DNA of 64,000 nt from an uncultured Rickettsiales bacterium. GTDB taxonomy: Bacteria; Myxococcota_A; UBA796; UBA9615; CAYRNR01. Each line of letters opens with the position of its first letter. The stretch's first letter is position 1. Below the pieces are notes generated by a model. The model saw only the letters and a list, made by a program, of their open reading frames with translations, made no database searches and had not been told where the DNA came from. Below, in pieces: positions 1 through 8,986 of the stretch. A program made the position numbers and the translations under genes. The stretch is from contig CAYTBN010000006.1 in the NCBI GenBank assembly GCA_964436045.1, positions 48,300 through 112,299 of the forward strand. The letters run 5' to 3'.

Positions 1-102
1 AACGCCATGGCTGCGTTCAGCTCCGGCAAGCTCAAGATCGAGGGAGACATGATGAAGTCCCAGCTGATCGAGAAGCTGTTCAAGTTCGGGGAGGTGGAGT
101 GA
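1..102 (+). CDS. C-terminal fragment of an SCP2 (sterol-carrier-like) domain protein; 5-prime end lies outside the window
   Basis: Frame 1 reads AAFSSGKLKIEGDMMKSQLIEKLFKFGEVE then TGA at 100-102, a typical SCP2 C-terminus. The stop shares its A with the next ATG. Confidence 0.6.
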   Translation, partial: NAMAAFSSGKLKIEGDMMKSQLIEKLFKFGEVE

Positions 103-1310
103 TGGCCACTGGCATCAAGGACAAGGTCGCCATCATCGGCATGGGTTGCTCCCGTTTCGGCGAGCGCTGGGACGTGGGCGGCGAGGAGCTGATGGTCGAG
201 GCGTTCACCGAGGCCGTCGACGACGCGGGCATCGATCGCAACGACATCGAGGCCGCCTGGCTCGCCACCTGCCTCGAGGAGATCAACGTCGGCAAGAGCG
301 CGCTACCCCTGTCGGTGGGGCTGCGGCTGCCGTTCATCCCGGTCACGCGGGTCGAGAACTACTGCGCGTCCGGCACCGAGGCCTTCCGCGGCGCGGTGTA
401 CGCGGTGGCGTCCGGCGCCGTCGACACGGCGCTGGCGCTCGGCGTCGAGAAGCTCAAGGACACGGGGTATGGCGGCCTGCCCAATCCGGGCTCCCACGCC
501 GGTTCGCTGAACTGGCTGTGGTTCCCCAACCTGACCGCCCCCGGGGTCTTCGCCCAGCTGGCGTCGGCGTACGCGGCCAAGTACGAGATCGACGATCAGC
601 ACCTCAAGCGGGCGATGGCCCACGTGTCGGCCAAGAGCCACGCCAACGGGGTGCTCAACCCCAAGGCCCACATGCGCAAGGCGGTCACGGTCGATCAGGT
701 GATGAACTCGCCGATCATCGCCCACCCCCTGGGCCTCTACGATTGCTGCGGGGTCAGCGACGGCGCGGCCTGCGCCATCGTGACCACAGTCGAGCGGGCA
801 AGGGAGATGGGGCGCGGCGAGATCGTGTCGGTCAAGGCGCTGCAGCTGGCCCTGTCATCCGGCGAGGAGGCGGCCTACGACGAGTGGGACGGCGACCACT
901 TCATGACCACCGCCCGGTGCAGCAAGCGGGCCTACGCCGAGGCCGGCATCACCAATCCCCGCGAGGAGATCAGCATGATGGAGCTGCACGACTGCTTCTC
1001 CATCACCGAGCTGGTCACCTACGAGGACCTGCACATCAGCGAGCGGGGCAAGGCCTGTGAAGACGTGCTCGACGGGTTCTTCGACCGGGAGGGGGGCGGC
1101 ATCCCGACCCAGGTCGATGGCGGCCTCAAGTGTTTCGGCCACCCCATCGGCGCGTCGGGGCTGCGGATGATCTACGAGATGTACCTGCAGCTGCTGGGCC
1201 GCGCGGGCGAGCGGCAGCTGGACGATCCGCGCTTCGGGCTGACCCACAACCTGGGCGGCTTCCCGTTCATGAACGTGTGCAGCATCGCCATCGTCGGAAA
1301 GGTGGACTGA
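102..1310 (+). CDS. Thiolase-fold enzyme (SCP-x / acetyl-CoA acetyltransferase-like)
   Basis: KVAIIGMGCSRFG N-terminus, NYCASG active-site-type motif and GHPIGASG C-terminal motif. GAGGTGGAG SD lies just before ATG 102 (GTG 99 is also possible). Confidence 0.9.
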   Translation: MATGIKDKVAIIGMGCSRFGERWDVGGEELMVEAFTEAVDDAGIDRNDIEAAWLATCLEEINVGKSALPLSVGLRLPFIPVTRVENYCASGTEAFRGAVYAVASGAVDTALALGVEKLKDTGYGGLPNPGSHAGSLNWLWFPNLTAPGVFAQLASAYAAKYEIDDQHLKRAMAHVSAKSHANGVLNPKAHMRKAVTVDQVMNSPIIAHPLGLYDCCGVSDGAACAIVTTVERAREMGRGEIVSVKALQLALSSGEEAAYDEWDGDHFMTTARCSKRAYAEAGITNPREEISMMELHDCFSITELVTYEDLHISERGKACEDVLDGFFDREGGGIPTQVDGGLKCFGHPIGASGLRMIYEMYLQLLGRAGERQLDDPRFGLTHNLGGFPFMNVCSIAIVGKVD

Positions 1311-1312
1311 GC

Positions 1313-2455
1313 ATGGAGATCCTGAAGTACAGCGAGGAGCACCGCATCTTCCGCGACGCGGTCCGCAAGTACCTCGAGGGCGAGGTCGCGCCCCACGTGG
1401 ACCAGTGGGAGAAGGACGGGCTGGTGCCCAGGTCGGAATGGCGCAAGCTGGGGGAGCAGGGATTCCTCTGCATGGACGTACCCGAGGCCTACGGGGGCTT
1501 CGGGCTGGACTTCCTCTACTCGGCGATCCTCACCGAGGAGCTGGTCCGGGCCCGCGCCACCGGGCTGATGGCGCCCCTGCACAGCGACGTGGTCGTGCCC
1601 TACATCAGCGCGTTCGGCTCCGAGGAGCAGAAGCAGCGCTACCTGCCCGGCTGCATCAGCGGCGAGATCATCAGCGCGGTGGCGATGACCGAGCCCCACG
1701 CCGGCTCCGACCTGGCGTCGATCAAGACCACGGCCATCGAGGATGGCGACGAGGTGATCCTCAACGGATCGAAGACCTTCATCTCCAGCGGCATCAACTG
1801 CAACCTGGTGATCGTCGCCGCCCGGGACCCGAAGGCCGAGGATCCGCACCAGGCCCTCAGCCTCTACCTGGTCGAAGAGGGCACTCCGGGCTTCGAGAAG
1901 GGCCCCCAGATCGAAAAGATCGGCCTGCACGCCGCCGACACCTCCGAGCTGTTCTTCCAGGATTGCCGGATCCCCCAGGCGAACCTGCTGGGACCCAAGG
2001 GCGGCGGCTTCCTGATGATGATGCAGAAGCTGGCCCAGGAGCGGCTGGTGGTGGCGATCATCTCGGTGGCCTCGGCCGAGCGGATGCTGGAGTGGACCAT
2101 CCAGTACTGCAAGGATCGCCAGGCCTTCGGCCGCCCACTGACCAAGTTCCAGAACACCTCGTTCACCCTGGTCGAACTCGCCACCGAGGTGAAGCTGGGT
2201 CGCACCTTCCTCGACAAGCTGATCGCCGACCACCTGGAGAACCGCAACATCGTGATCGAGGTCTCGATGGCCAAGTACTGGACCTCCGAGATGGCCATGC
2301 GCGTCGCCGACCGCTGCCTCCAGCTCCACGGCGGCTACGGCTACTGCGAGGAGTACCCCATCGCCCGCGCCTGGCGCGACACCCGGGTCCTCTCCATCTT
2401 CGCGGGCACCTCGGAGATCATGAAGGTGGTCGCGGCGCGATTCATGGGGTTGTGA
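1313..2455 (+). CDS. Acyl-CoA dehydrogenase
   Basis: About 380 aa from ATG 1313; the longer ORF from 1130 has a junk N-extension that overlaps the thiolase. Motifs MTEPHAGSD, HGGYGY and FAGTSEIMKVV are typical ACAD signatures. Confidence 0.92.
   Translation: MEILKYSEEHRIFRDAVRKYLEGEVAPHVDQWEKDGLVPRSEWRKLGEQGFLCMDVPEAYGGFGLDFLYSAILTEELVRARATGLMAPLHSDVVVPYISAFGSEEQKQRYLPGCISGEIISAVAMTEPHAGSDLASIKTTAIEDGDEVILNGSKTFISSGINCNLVIVAARDPKAEDPHQALSLYLVEEGTPGFEKGPQIEKIGLHAADTSELFFQDCRIPQANLLGPKGGGFLMMMQKLAQERLVVAIISVASAERMLEWTIQYCKDRQAFGRPLTKFQNTSFTLVELATEVKLGRTFLDKLIADHLENRNIVIEVSMAKYWTSEMAMRVADRCLQLHGGYGYCEEYPIARAWRDTRVLSIFAGTSEIMKVVAARFMGL
2401..2455 (+). repeat. Copy A of a 55-nt direct repeat (the authentic 3-prime end of the ACAD gene)
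   Basis: cgcgggcacctcggagatcatgaaggtggtcgcggcgcgattcatggggttgtga; related copies lie at 3506-3560 and 4941-4994. Confidence 0.85.
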
Positions 2456-2665
2456 CGGACCCGGGTTCGTCCGCCTCTCGCGAGGCAACGTACGCTTCCA
2501 TCTTCCGTCGGATGTCCTTGAACCACTCCTCCTGTTGGTAGGCGGGCGGCCCCCGGTTTCCCGGTCTAGGACGGCGGAACAGTGGATGGCTGCGCAGCAG
2601 GTCGGCCTGTGCGTGCGGTTCGGACCGTCATGGCGCAGTGCGCCGGTGAACTTGAAGCCCGGGAG

Positions 2666-3346
2666 TCAGTTTCTCGCGACCCAGGCATCGGAGAAGCGAG
2701 GAGTCCGTCTTTGGTACTCCGCGAGCGCCGACCGGGCCTCCCGTTTCGAATCGAAGTAGCCTACTCGCACACGTGTGCGAACCCCGATGTCGTCCAGGAT
2801 CACTCGCTTCACGAAAGCGTCGTAGCCCTGCAGGAGCAGATCGGCTGCCAGGTCATGCGCCCGGTCCGGATCCTCGAACGAAGCGACTTGGAGCGAATAG
2901 GTCCGCGCGTTCGGAGCGTCTTCCGGATCCGGGAGAAATAGAGTGATCGAGTTTCCCTCGATGACCAACTCGCCGTTTTCGATGGTCACCGCGTAGCTGA
3001 AATCCTCACTCAATTGGTAGAGGTGGACCTGTTCCCCTTCGACGATGCGGAGCGTGGGATAGATGATCTTCTCCTTCTCCACAACCCTGGTCACCGTGCG
3101 CAATCGTTCTTCGCGCGGCGGTGTCTTCTTGCTGCGTTCTACCTCAAGGCCAAAGGTCCCGATGAAGGGGATCTTGAGGGCAGCGTCCCCCTGGAGATGC
3201 AGTCCTCTTTCCGAGTCGTAGGCCACTGCGACCGGCACGACCGGTGGCTTCCAGGTGGCTTCCCACTCGACAGCGCAAGCCTGCTCGAAAGGGACGAGGG
3301 ACAGCAGGGCGAGCAGCGCGATGCTGGCAGACACGGTCTTGTTCAT
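2666..3346 (-). CDS. SPOR domain-containing exported protein
   Basis: Start MNKTVSASIALLALLSL is a signal peptide with a GAGGGGG SD. The C-terminus YSLQVASFEDPDRAHDLAADLLLQGYDAFVKRV...RVRVGYFDSKREA is SPOR-like. The gene is visibly lower in GC than its neighbours. Confidence 0.8.
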   Translation of the reverse strand: MNKTVSASIALLALLSLVPFEQACAVEWEATWKPPVVPVAVAYDSERGLHLQGDAALKIPFIGTFGLEVERSKKTPPREERLRTVTRVVEKEKIIYPTLRIVEGEQVHLYQLSEDFSYAVTIENGELVIEGNSITLFLPDPEDAPNARTYSLQVASFEDPDRAHDLAADLLLQGYDAFVKRVILDDIGVRTRVRVGYFDSKREARSALAEYQRRTPRFSDAWVARN

Positions 3347-3505
3347 TGGCCCCCTCGCGATCTGGACCGAGTGAAAAACGGGGGTCAGAAAACGGGGGTC
3401 ATGTATTGCATATTGCACATTTCTGCACTGCTCTCACCCTCGTCTCGTGGAGCGGAGGGATGGCTGAGGAAATGTGCGATGTGCGTCACATGCCCCCCCT
3501 TCTCA

Positions 3506-3560
3506 CGCGGGGACCTCGGAGATCATGTAGATCGTCGCGGGGCGATTCACCGGGCTCTGA
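3506..3560 (+). repeat. Copy B: degenerate relic of the ACAD 3-prime end
   Basis: By hand alignment 46 of 55 positions match copy A with no gaps. It translates as GTSEIM-stop-IVAGRFTGL-stop, against GTSEIMKVVAARFMGL-stop in the real gene. Confidence 0.85.
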
Positions 3561-3579
3561 GAGGCCCACCCGTCGGGCG

Positions 3580-4011
3580 TCACCCGTCCTCGTCGCCAGC
3601 GGCCAGGAGCTCGAGGTCGAGTAGGTCCTTCACACGACCCGTGGCTTGCTTGTTCCGGAGCAGGTCCTGACGCCCGAGCACACACACACGCACTCCCTCG
3701 ATATCGGTCTCGACGCGCCGGGACCAGGCGGGGCCGAACTCCACACCGGTGATGGAGGTCAGGATATCGATTCGACAGGGAACCACGCCGATCTGGAACA
3801 CGAGTTCGGGTGTCCGCAGGTCTTCGATTGTGAGGTTGAACAGAGGAGCCCCGAACGTCTCCAGGGCCGTTCGAACCCGTTTCGCGTTGTTCGTCGTGGG
3901 CCGGATCCACAGGTCCAGGTCACCCGTCGCCCTGGGCTGACCGTGGAACGCGACCGCGTGCGCACCGACGACGAGGAACTCAGCCCCCGCGTCGGACAAC
4001 GCGGACAACAT
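3580..4011 (-). CDS. Small nucleotidyltransferase-fold protein (pol-beta NTase superfamily, toxin-antitoxin-like context)
   Basis: 143 aa. FLVVGAHAVAFHGQPRATGDLDLWI matches the G-x...D-x-D NTase core. Confidence 0.65.
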   Translation of the reverse strand: MLSALSDAGAEFLVVGAHAVAFHGQPRATGDLDLWIRPTTNNAKRVRTALETFGAPLFNLTIEDLRTPELVFQIGVVPCRIDILTSITGVEFGPAWSRRVETDIEGVRVCVLGRQDLLRNKQATGRVKDLLDLELLAAGDEDG

Positions 4012-4183
4012 CTCGACGAAGTCTCGGTTCAGCGAACCGCCCCTCCTTGAACATCCACGCCTGGCAGGTCAGCTGCCAGACCATGGCGATCCGTTCGGCG
4101 GGGGTCGTTTCCGATCCGCCCTTGTCCTCGTCTCCTTGCAGGGAGAGGGTGGTCTTCCGGACTGGGTAATCCGAGCGTTCCAT
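3980..4183 (-). CDS. Small hypothetical protein upstream of and overlapping the NTase gene
   Basis: 67-68 aa ORF ending ...EPRLRRDVVRVVRRGG. It overlaps the NTase start by 32 nt in another frame. No SD was seen. Confidence 0.35.
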   Translation of the reverse strand: MERSDYPVRKTTLSLQGDEDKGGSETTPAERIAMVWQLTCQAWMFKEGRFAEPRLRRDVVRVVRRGG

Positions 4184-4615
4184 CACGGGTTTAGGATAGC
4201 AGACCTCCGGGGTCCCGCTGGACAGACAGCGGTGGTCTTCCCGCTCCCCGAAGCATTCGACAGGGGTGATGGCGTAGTCGTGGACTGACGCGGTTGCAAT
4301 CGGCCAGGGGGGTGTCTCTTGCGCGTGATCTTGGGACTGGCGAGCCGCCTGATCCGCTTTGCAACGGCCGGGTGCCCTTCGGGGGATGTGGACGACGATA
4401 CGTCGGGCGATGACGATGCCTCCGCCTCCGCCTCCGCCTCCGCCGATTCGACCGATGCCGATGACACGTCAGATGACGCCGCCGCCGATCCTTCGGCGTA
4501 TCCCGGGAACGGCTGTTGACCCAGGACCGCGGCGGCATTGGATTCGACGGAATCCGCCCCCCTGGCTTTGACGTAGCCGGCGGGACGGGCCATGACCCGC
4601 CCGATGCCCGGGCCC

Positions 4616-4891
4616 TTACCCAAAGGTGTAGTGCTTGCGGATCGTCGAGGAGACCTTCCAGGTGCACGACATCCCCCGCGGGAAGGTCACCAGGTCTCCG
4701 GCGCCGACGGTGACTGGCTCGCCTCCGTCGGGAGTGACCGTGACCCGTCCCTCGAGGATGTAGCAGGTCTCCTCGGCGTCGTAGGTCCAGGGGAACTCGG
4801 AGGGATCGCAGGTCCAGATGGGCCAGGCACGGACGCCCTGGCGATCCAGCTGCTCCTCGTCCGGTGTGTGGGCGACACGTATCTCACTCAT
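4616..4891 (-). CDS. Cupin domain protein (small single-domain cupin)
   Basis: 91 aa. CYILEGRVTVTPDGGEPVTVGAGDLVTFPRGMSCTWKV is the characteristic small-cupin barrel sequence. Confidence 0.85.
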   Translation of the reverse strand: MSEIRVAHTPDEEQLDRQGVRAWPIWTCDPSEFPWTYDAEETCYILEGRVTVTPDGGEPVTVGAGDLVTFPRGMSCTWKVSSTIRKHYTFG

Positions 4892-4940
4892 CGGTTGCCT
4901 CCGCCGGGGCCGACCACGAGCCGCCGCCGGGTACGGGGAG

Positions 4941-4994
4941 CCTGCGGACGAACGAAGCCGTGGTCAAGCCGCGGCGCGGTTCATGGGGTCGTGA
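4941..4994 (+). repeat. Copy C: second degenerate relic of the ACAD 3-prime end
   Basis: The core 4960-4994, gtggtc[aagcc]gcggcgcggttcatggggtcgtga, matches the last 30 nt of the ACAD gene at 28 of 30 positions apart from a 5-nt insertion. Weaker similarity extends upstream to about 4941. Confidence 0.75.
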
Positions 4995-5175
4995 TGTGAG
5001 CCCCTGTGCGCTGCAGGCCCGGATCGGCGGATCGGGTTCTTCCCCGCCCCAGACGAACACGTGTTCGTTCCCCGGGGCTTCCGCGGAGAGCCGTGTCGCG
5101 GCTGTGGATTTGTGGACGGGCGGATGGGGTCGACCGGGATGCCTCGACTCTGTGCAACCCGATGTGCAACCCGAG

Positions 5176-6597
5176 ACATGGGTAACAGATCGGTCCGGGG
5201 ACATGGGTAACACTTCTCCGGTGTGATCCCGCGAGCAGGTCTCCTTCCTCTTCAGCCTGCGTAGGCCTCCATCGTTTTGAGCCGCATCAGGGACCGGGGT
5301 CCAGCGCGCTGGACCCCGGTCCGGCGGAGCCGGCGGCGGTCCGAGGTGCCCGGTTCGTGGCCGGGCGATTCCTCGGCTCGTAGCGCTCGATTCGGTTCGC
5401 CTTCTCGTCGTAGACACCGAGGTCCCAGTCCCAGAAGTGGGCTCTCCAGCGAGCCTCGTCGATTTCCTCGAAGGCCACGGTCAGCTCTCGAAACGCCGCA
5501 CCGACGTGGACGAAGTGACCCTGCATACGCGCCATGCCGTTGCGGTAGACCACGACTGGCTCGAAGTGCCCTGGATAGGACGGAGTGGCCTCGACGTCGG
5601 GAAGGCGCCGGCTGGATGGCTTGTAGACGCTGGATGGCGTGGCGTCCTCGAGGGCTTCGTGGGGTCGCTCGTGATTGAACTCGCGCTGGAACCGGTCGAA
5701 GAGCTCCTGCTGGTGGAACAGGTCACGCCCGGGCGGCCGGGTGGTCTCGGCCTTGAGGGTCCGGTGCATCCGCTCGTGCCGTCCGTTTTGCTCGGGATGG
5801 CCTTTCTCGATGCGCTGAGGCTCGATGCCGAGCTGGATCCACCAGGCCGAGAGCTTGGACAGACCGGCGAGTCCGGTGGAGGCGAAGGGCTCTCCATTGT
5901 CCGTGCGGATCACTTCCGGCAAGCCGTACTCGTCGAACGCTGACTCGAAGACCTCCATCGAGTCGTCCATCCTCGGACCCACCAGGGCCTCGCACCGCAG
6001 CACGAAGCGAGAGCGATGGTCGGTGATCGTCAGCGGGTAGCAGTACTGCCCGGTCTGGACGCGGAACTGGCCCTTGAAGTCAGCACACCATACCTCGTTG
6101 GGCTCTTTGCCCTCGCGGAGCGGTCCGGTCGGACCCGCGCCGGTCTTGCGTCGCCTCTTTCGTGCGCCCACCAAACCCCGACGCTTCAAGATCTCGTGGG
6201 CCGTGCTCCGGCTCGGGAGCTGCAGGTACGGATACTGCCTGGCGAGCCACGGGAGGAGCTTCTTGGGGCCCCAGCGAGGCCACTGGAGACGTGCGGCCAC
6301 CAGCAACTCTTCCACCTCCAACGGCGTGGCATTGGCGCGATGATGGGGCGCCCGCGAGCGATCCAGCAGCCCCAACGGTCCCTCCCGCTGGTACCGCCGG
6401 ACCCACTTGTAGCCAACGCGTCGGCTGATGCCGTACTCCTCGCACAGCTCCGTCATCGTGTACTGGCCGCTCAGGTGGGCGGCGACGAACTGCAGTCTCT
6501 GGTCCACGACCGATCTCTCCTTCCAAGGCACGGCGTACCTCCAAGCCGTGCCAGCGTAGGTGTGACCTATGTCGCTGGGCCGATTTGTTACCTATGT
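5176..6597 (-). mobile_element. IS481-family insertion sequence
   Basis: A single DDE transposase ORF is flanked by imperfect 37-bp inverted repeats. Segment 5176-5212 versus the reverse complement of 6561-6597 matches at 30 of 37 positions by hand alignment. Each end carries two copies of ACAT(G/A)GGT(A/C)ACA. Confidence 0.8.
5287..6531 (-). CDS. IS481-family transposase (HTH plus rve/DDE integrase core)
   Basis: 414 aa. N-terminal HTH (MTELCEEYGISRRVGYKWVRRY), then the DDE core: VWCADFKG, IRTDNGEPF, NGRHERMHRTLK. Confidence 0.9.
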   Translation of the reverse strand: MPWKERSVVDQRLQFVAAHLSGQYTMTELCEEYGISRRVGYKWVRRYQREGPLGLLDRSRAPHHRANATPLEVEELLVAARLQWPRWGPKKLLPWLARQYPYLQLPSRSTAHEILKRRGLVGARKRRRKTGAGPTGPLREGKEPNEVWCADFKGQFRVQTGQYCYPLTITDHRSRFVLRCEALVGPRMDDSMEVFESAFDEYGLPEVIRTDNGEPFASTGLAGLSKLSAWWIQLGIEPQRIEKGHPEQNGRHERMHRTLKAETTRPPGRDLFHQQELFDRFQREFNHERPHEALEDATPSSVYKPSSRRLPDVEATPSYPGHFEPVVVYRNGMARMQGHFVHVGAAFRELTVAFEEIDEARWRAHFWDWDLGVYDEKANRIERYEPRNRPATNRAPRTAAGSAGPGSSALDPGP

Positions 6598-6735
6598 ACC
6601 CGGACCGAACCGACTCCGTCGGACCTCCGCTGATCGTGTGGTTCTCGGAAGCCCGCCCAGAAGCTCCCCAGCCCTTGGATGGCCGGGGCTGCGCCCCACC
6701 CACCCACTCCTGGGAGGCGCTCCTCGAGGTGAGCG

Positions 6736-7035
6736 CTAGTCGTCAGCGGCGCCCGGCGGCTGCAGGATGGGTTGATCGCCGGCTGGGGTCGCGGGTTCGG
6801 CCTTCCCTCCGTCCACGTCGGCCTCGAAGTCGCGGACGGCTCCCTCGATTGCGCGGTCGATCCCGCTCCTGATGGCCTGGTCGCGTCGGGCGTCCACGGC
6901 CCCGAGAATCAACTCGCCGATCCAGATCGTGGCCACCACGACGACGACGGCCACCAGCACGGCCAGGGTGGGGCCCCAGCGGCGCAGGCCGCCGGTCGCC
7001 AGCGGCGGGAGTGGTTCGGGCGGTCCTTGTGTCAT
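6736..7035 (-). CDS. Small single-pass membrane protein, hypothetical
   Basis: From ATG 7035: MTQGPPEPL..., followed by a TM segment TLAVLVAVVVVVATIWIGELILGAV. No family recognised. Confidence 0.5.
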   Translation of the reverse strand: MTQGPPEPLPPLATGGLRRWGPTLAVLVAVVVVVATIWIGELILGAVDARRDQAIRSGIDRAIEGAVRDFEADVDGGKAEPATPAGDQPILQPPGAADD

Positions 7036-7183
7036 CGACGCTGACCTTTCCCAGATCGTTGCCGCCACGGTAACGCAGGACGCCGCCAACCTCACCTGGA
7101 ACCGCGTTGCCGTGAGAGGGGCGAGAGGCTATTGATGGCTTCACGCTGCGGAGGGACTCCCGCACCCGTCGCCCGAGGAGCCC

Positions 7184-8311
7184 ATGGTCATCGCCTCCCT
7201 GTTGCTCTGCCTGCTGGCGATCGTCGCGTGTTCGCTGGTGATCTGGCGGGGCTGCGACTCGTTCGAGGAGGCGTCGGGGTACCTGGGGCGGAACATGCCG
7301 GCCGGGGTGCGGGGCGCGACCATCAACGCCATCGGCTCCTCCCTTCCCGAACTGCTGACCACGATGATCCTGCTGTTCGTCTTCATCGACGAGGACGGCT
7401 ACTCGGGCGGGATCGCCACCTGCGCGGGCTCGGCCGTGTTCAACGCGGTGATCATCCCCGCCCTGTGCATCGTGGCGGTCCTGGCCTTTGGCGTGGTGCG
7501 CAAGGGCAAGAAGCTGCGGGTGAGCGCCATCGAGGTCGGCCGGCCGACCATCTTGCGCGATGGGCTGTTCTTCGTGGGCGCCGAGCTGGTGCTGATCGCG
7601 CTGCTCGGCAGCGCGGTGATGTACTGGTGGATGGGGGCCATTCTGATCTCGGTCTACCTGGTCTACTTCAGCTACCTGATGTTCCAGTTTCGCCGGGGAA
7701 GCGGCGCCGCCGCGGACGAGACCGACGACGACGACAACGAAGACAATGAGCCGAGACCCATCCTCGCTTCCCTGCTGGCCCTGGACTTCAACCAGCTGCT
7801 CTTCGCCGGCCGTTGCCTGTCCACCGGCCGCGCCTGGGCGGTCCTCAGCGCCGCGACCGCCGTGGTCGGGGCGGCCTGCTACGTGTTGTCGTACGCGGTG
7901 GTCGAAGCGGCGCATCTGCTGGACGTGCCCCTCTACTTCACCACCGTGATCCTGGCGGCGGCCGCCACCTCGGTCCCCGACACGGCCCTGTCGATCAAGG
8001 ACGCCCGCGCGGGCGATTACGACGACGCCGTCTCCAACGCCCTCGGCTCCAACATCTTCGACATCACGGTGGCGCTCGGGTTGCCGCTGATGCTGTACGG
8101 CCTGATCCACGGGCCGGTGCACCTGACGGCGACCTCCGGTTCGGCCGCCGACGTTCAGATCCTGCGCATCGCCTTGCTGGTCATCACCACCCTGGTGCTG
8201 GTGATCTTCCTGGCGGGTCGGAAGATGGGCTGGGGCAAGGCCGTCTTGCTGCTGGGCCTGTTCGCCGGTTGGACTGCGTTTGTGGTCGGGCGGGCCGCGG
8301 GCTGGATCTAG
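7184..8311 (+). CDS. Sodium/calcium exchanger family (CaCA) membrane protein
   Basis: 375 aa and polytopic. Alpha-repeat motifs GSSLPEL and GSNIFDI are present, with an acidic central loop. Confidence 0.9.
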   Translation: MVIASLLLCLLAIVACSLVIWRGCDSFEEASGYLGRNMPAGVRGATINAIGSSLPELLTTMILLFVFIDEDGYSGGIATCAGSAVFNAVIIPALCIVAVLAFGVVRKGKKLRVSAIEVGRPTILRDGLFFVGAELVLIALLGSAVMYWWMGAILISVYLVYFSYLMFQFRRGSGAAADETDDDDNEDNEPRPILASLLALDFNQLLFAGRCLSTGRAWAVLSAATAVVGAACYVLSYAVVEAAHLLDVPLYFTTVILAAAATSVPDTALSIKDARAGDYDDAVSNALGSNIFDITVALGLPLMLYGLIHGPVHLTATSGSAADVQILRIALLVITTLVLVIFLAGRKMGWGKAVLLLGLFAGWTAFVVGRAAGWI

Positions 8312-8314
8312 CGA

Positions 8315-8986
8315 CTAGCTGAACAGTCCCTTCTTCACCTCGTAGCCCCCCTCCTCGAGGAAACTCTTGAGCCAGCGCTCGGCCAGGGTGCGGTGTACTC
8401 CCTGCTGGGAGACGAGGTCGACCATCTTGCGCACCTGCCGGGGCTTGTACTCCAGGCGCGGGCAGTTCTTGCGCAGGAAGCGCTCCAGCGGCGGCACCCA
8501 TTCCTTGCGGAACTCCCGCTCGTCACTCAGACCCTGTTCGCCGATGACCTGACGGACGATGGTCGCCGCCTCCGCCGCGTCCATGCCGCGGTTGGTGAAC
8601 AGCCACTCGGCCATGATCACCGCCCGCCGCCGAACCCACTTGCCGTAGTGCTTGCCCTCCATCACGGTGCGCGTCGCCTGGGCGCGCACCGTCTCGACCC
8701 GGACCAGCTCGGAACTCTCCAGCCACTCTGCCAGGGCACTACGGGCGCGTTCGGGGGTCAGCCCGGCGTCGACCGCGGCCCGGATCGCCCGTACCTCCTG
8801 CTCCGGCCGGAGCGCCGTCTCGCTGGAGTTTGTCCGGAACGAGTCCATGTGGGACGCGAACCAGCTCAGGGGGTCCTCGCGGATCGCCTCTTGCGGTCCC
8901 GAGGGCGATGGTGTCTCCTCGACTTCGGCCGCGCTCAGATGGGGTTCGTCGGTCACCACCGGGAGGTCGTAGGCCGACTCCATCAC
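8315..8986 (-). CDS. Hypothetical protein; possibly the C-terminal part of the upstream kinase-like gene
   Basis: 223-aa ORF with good coding character. Its frame stays open upstream of the first start codon, and it overlaps the previous ORF by about 250 nt. Confidence 0.5.
   Translation of the reverse strand: MMESAYDLPVVTDEPHLSAAEVEETPSPSGPQEAIREDPLSWFASHMDSFRTNSSETALRPEQEVRAIRAAVDAGLTPERARSALAEWLESSELVRVETVRAQATRTVMEGKHYGKWVRRRAVIMAEWLFTNRGMDAAEAATIVRQVIGEQGLSDEREFRKEWVPPLERFLRKNCPRLEYKPRQVRKMVDLVSQQGVHRTLAERWLKSFLEEGGYEVKKGLFS

Noticed and set aside
4183-4623. A 146-aa minus-strand ORF between the cupin and the small NTase-partner gene. Its TGA shares a base with the next ATG.
   Set aside because: Its third-position G/C bias is only moderate and similar in two frames. 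The product is low-complexity (AEAEAEA, S-rich) and overlaps the cupin stop region. I cannot distinguish it from non-coding sequence that contains a (gcctcc)n tract at about 4418-4445.
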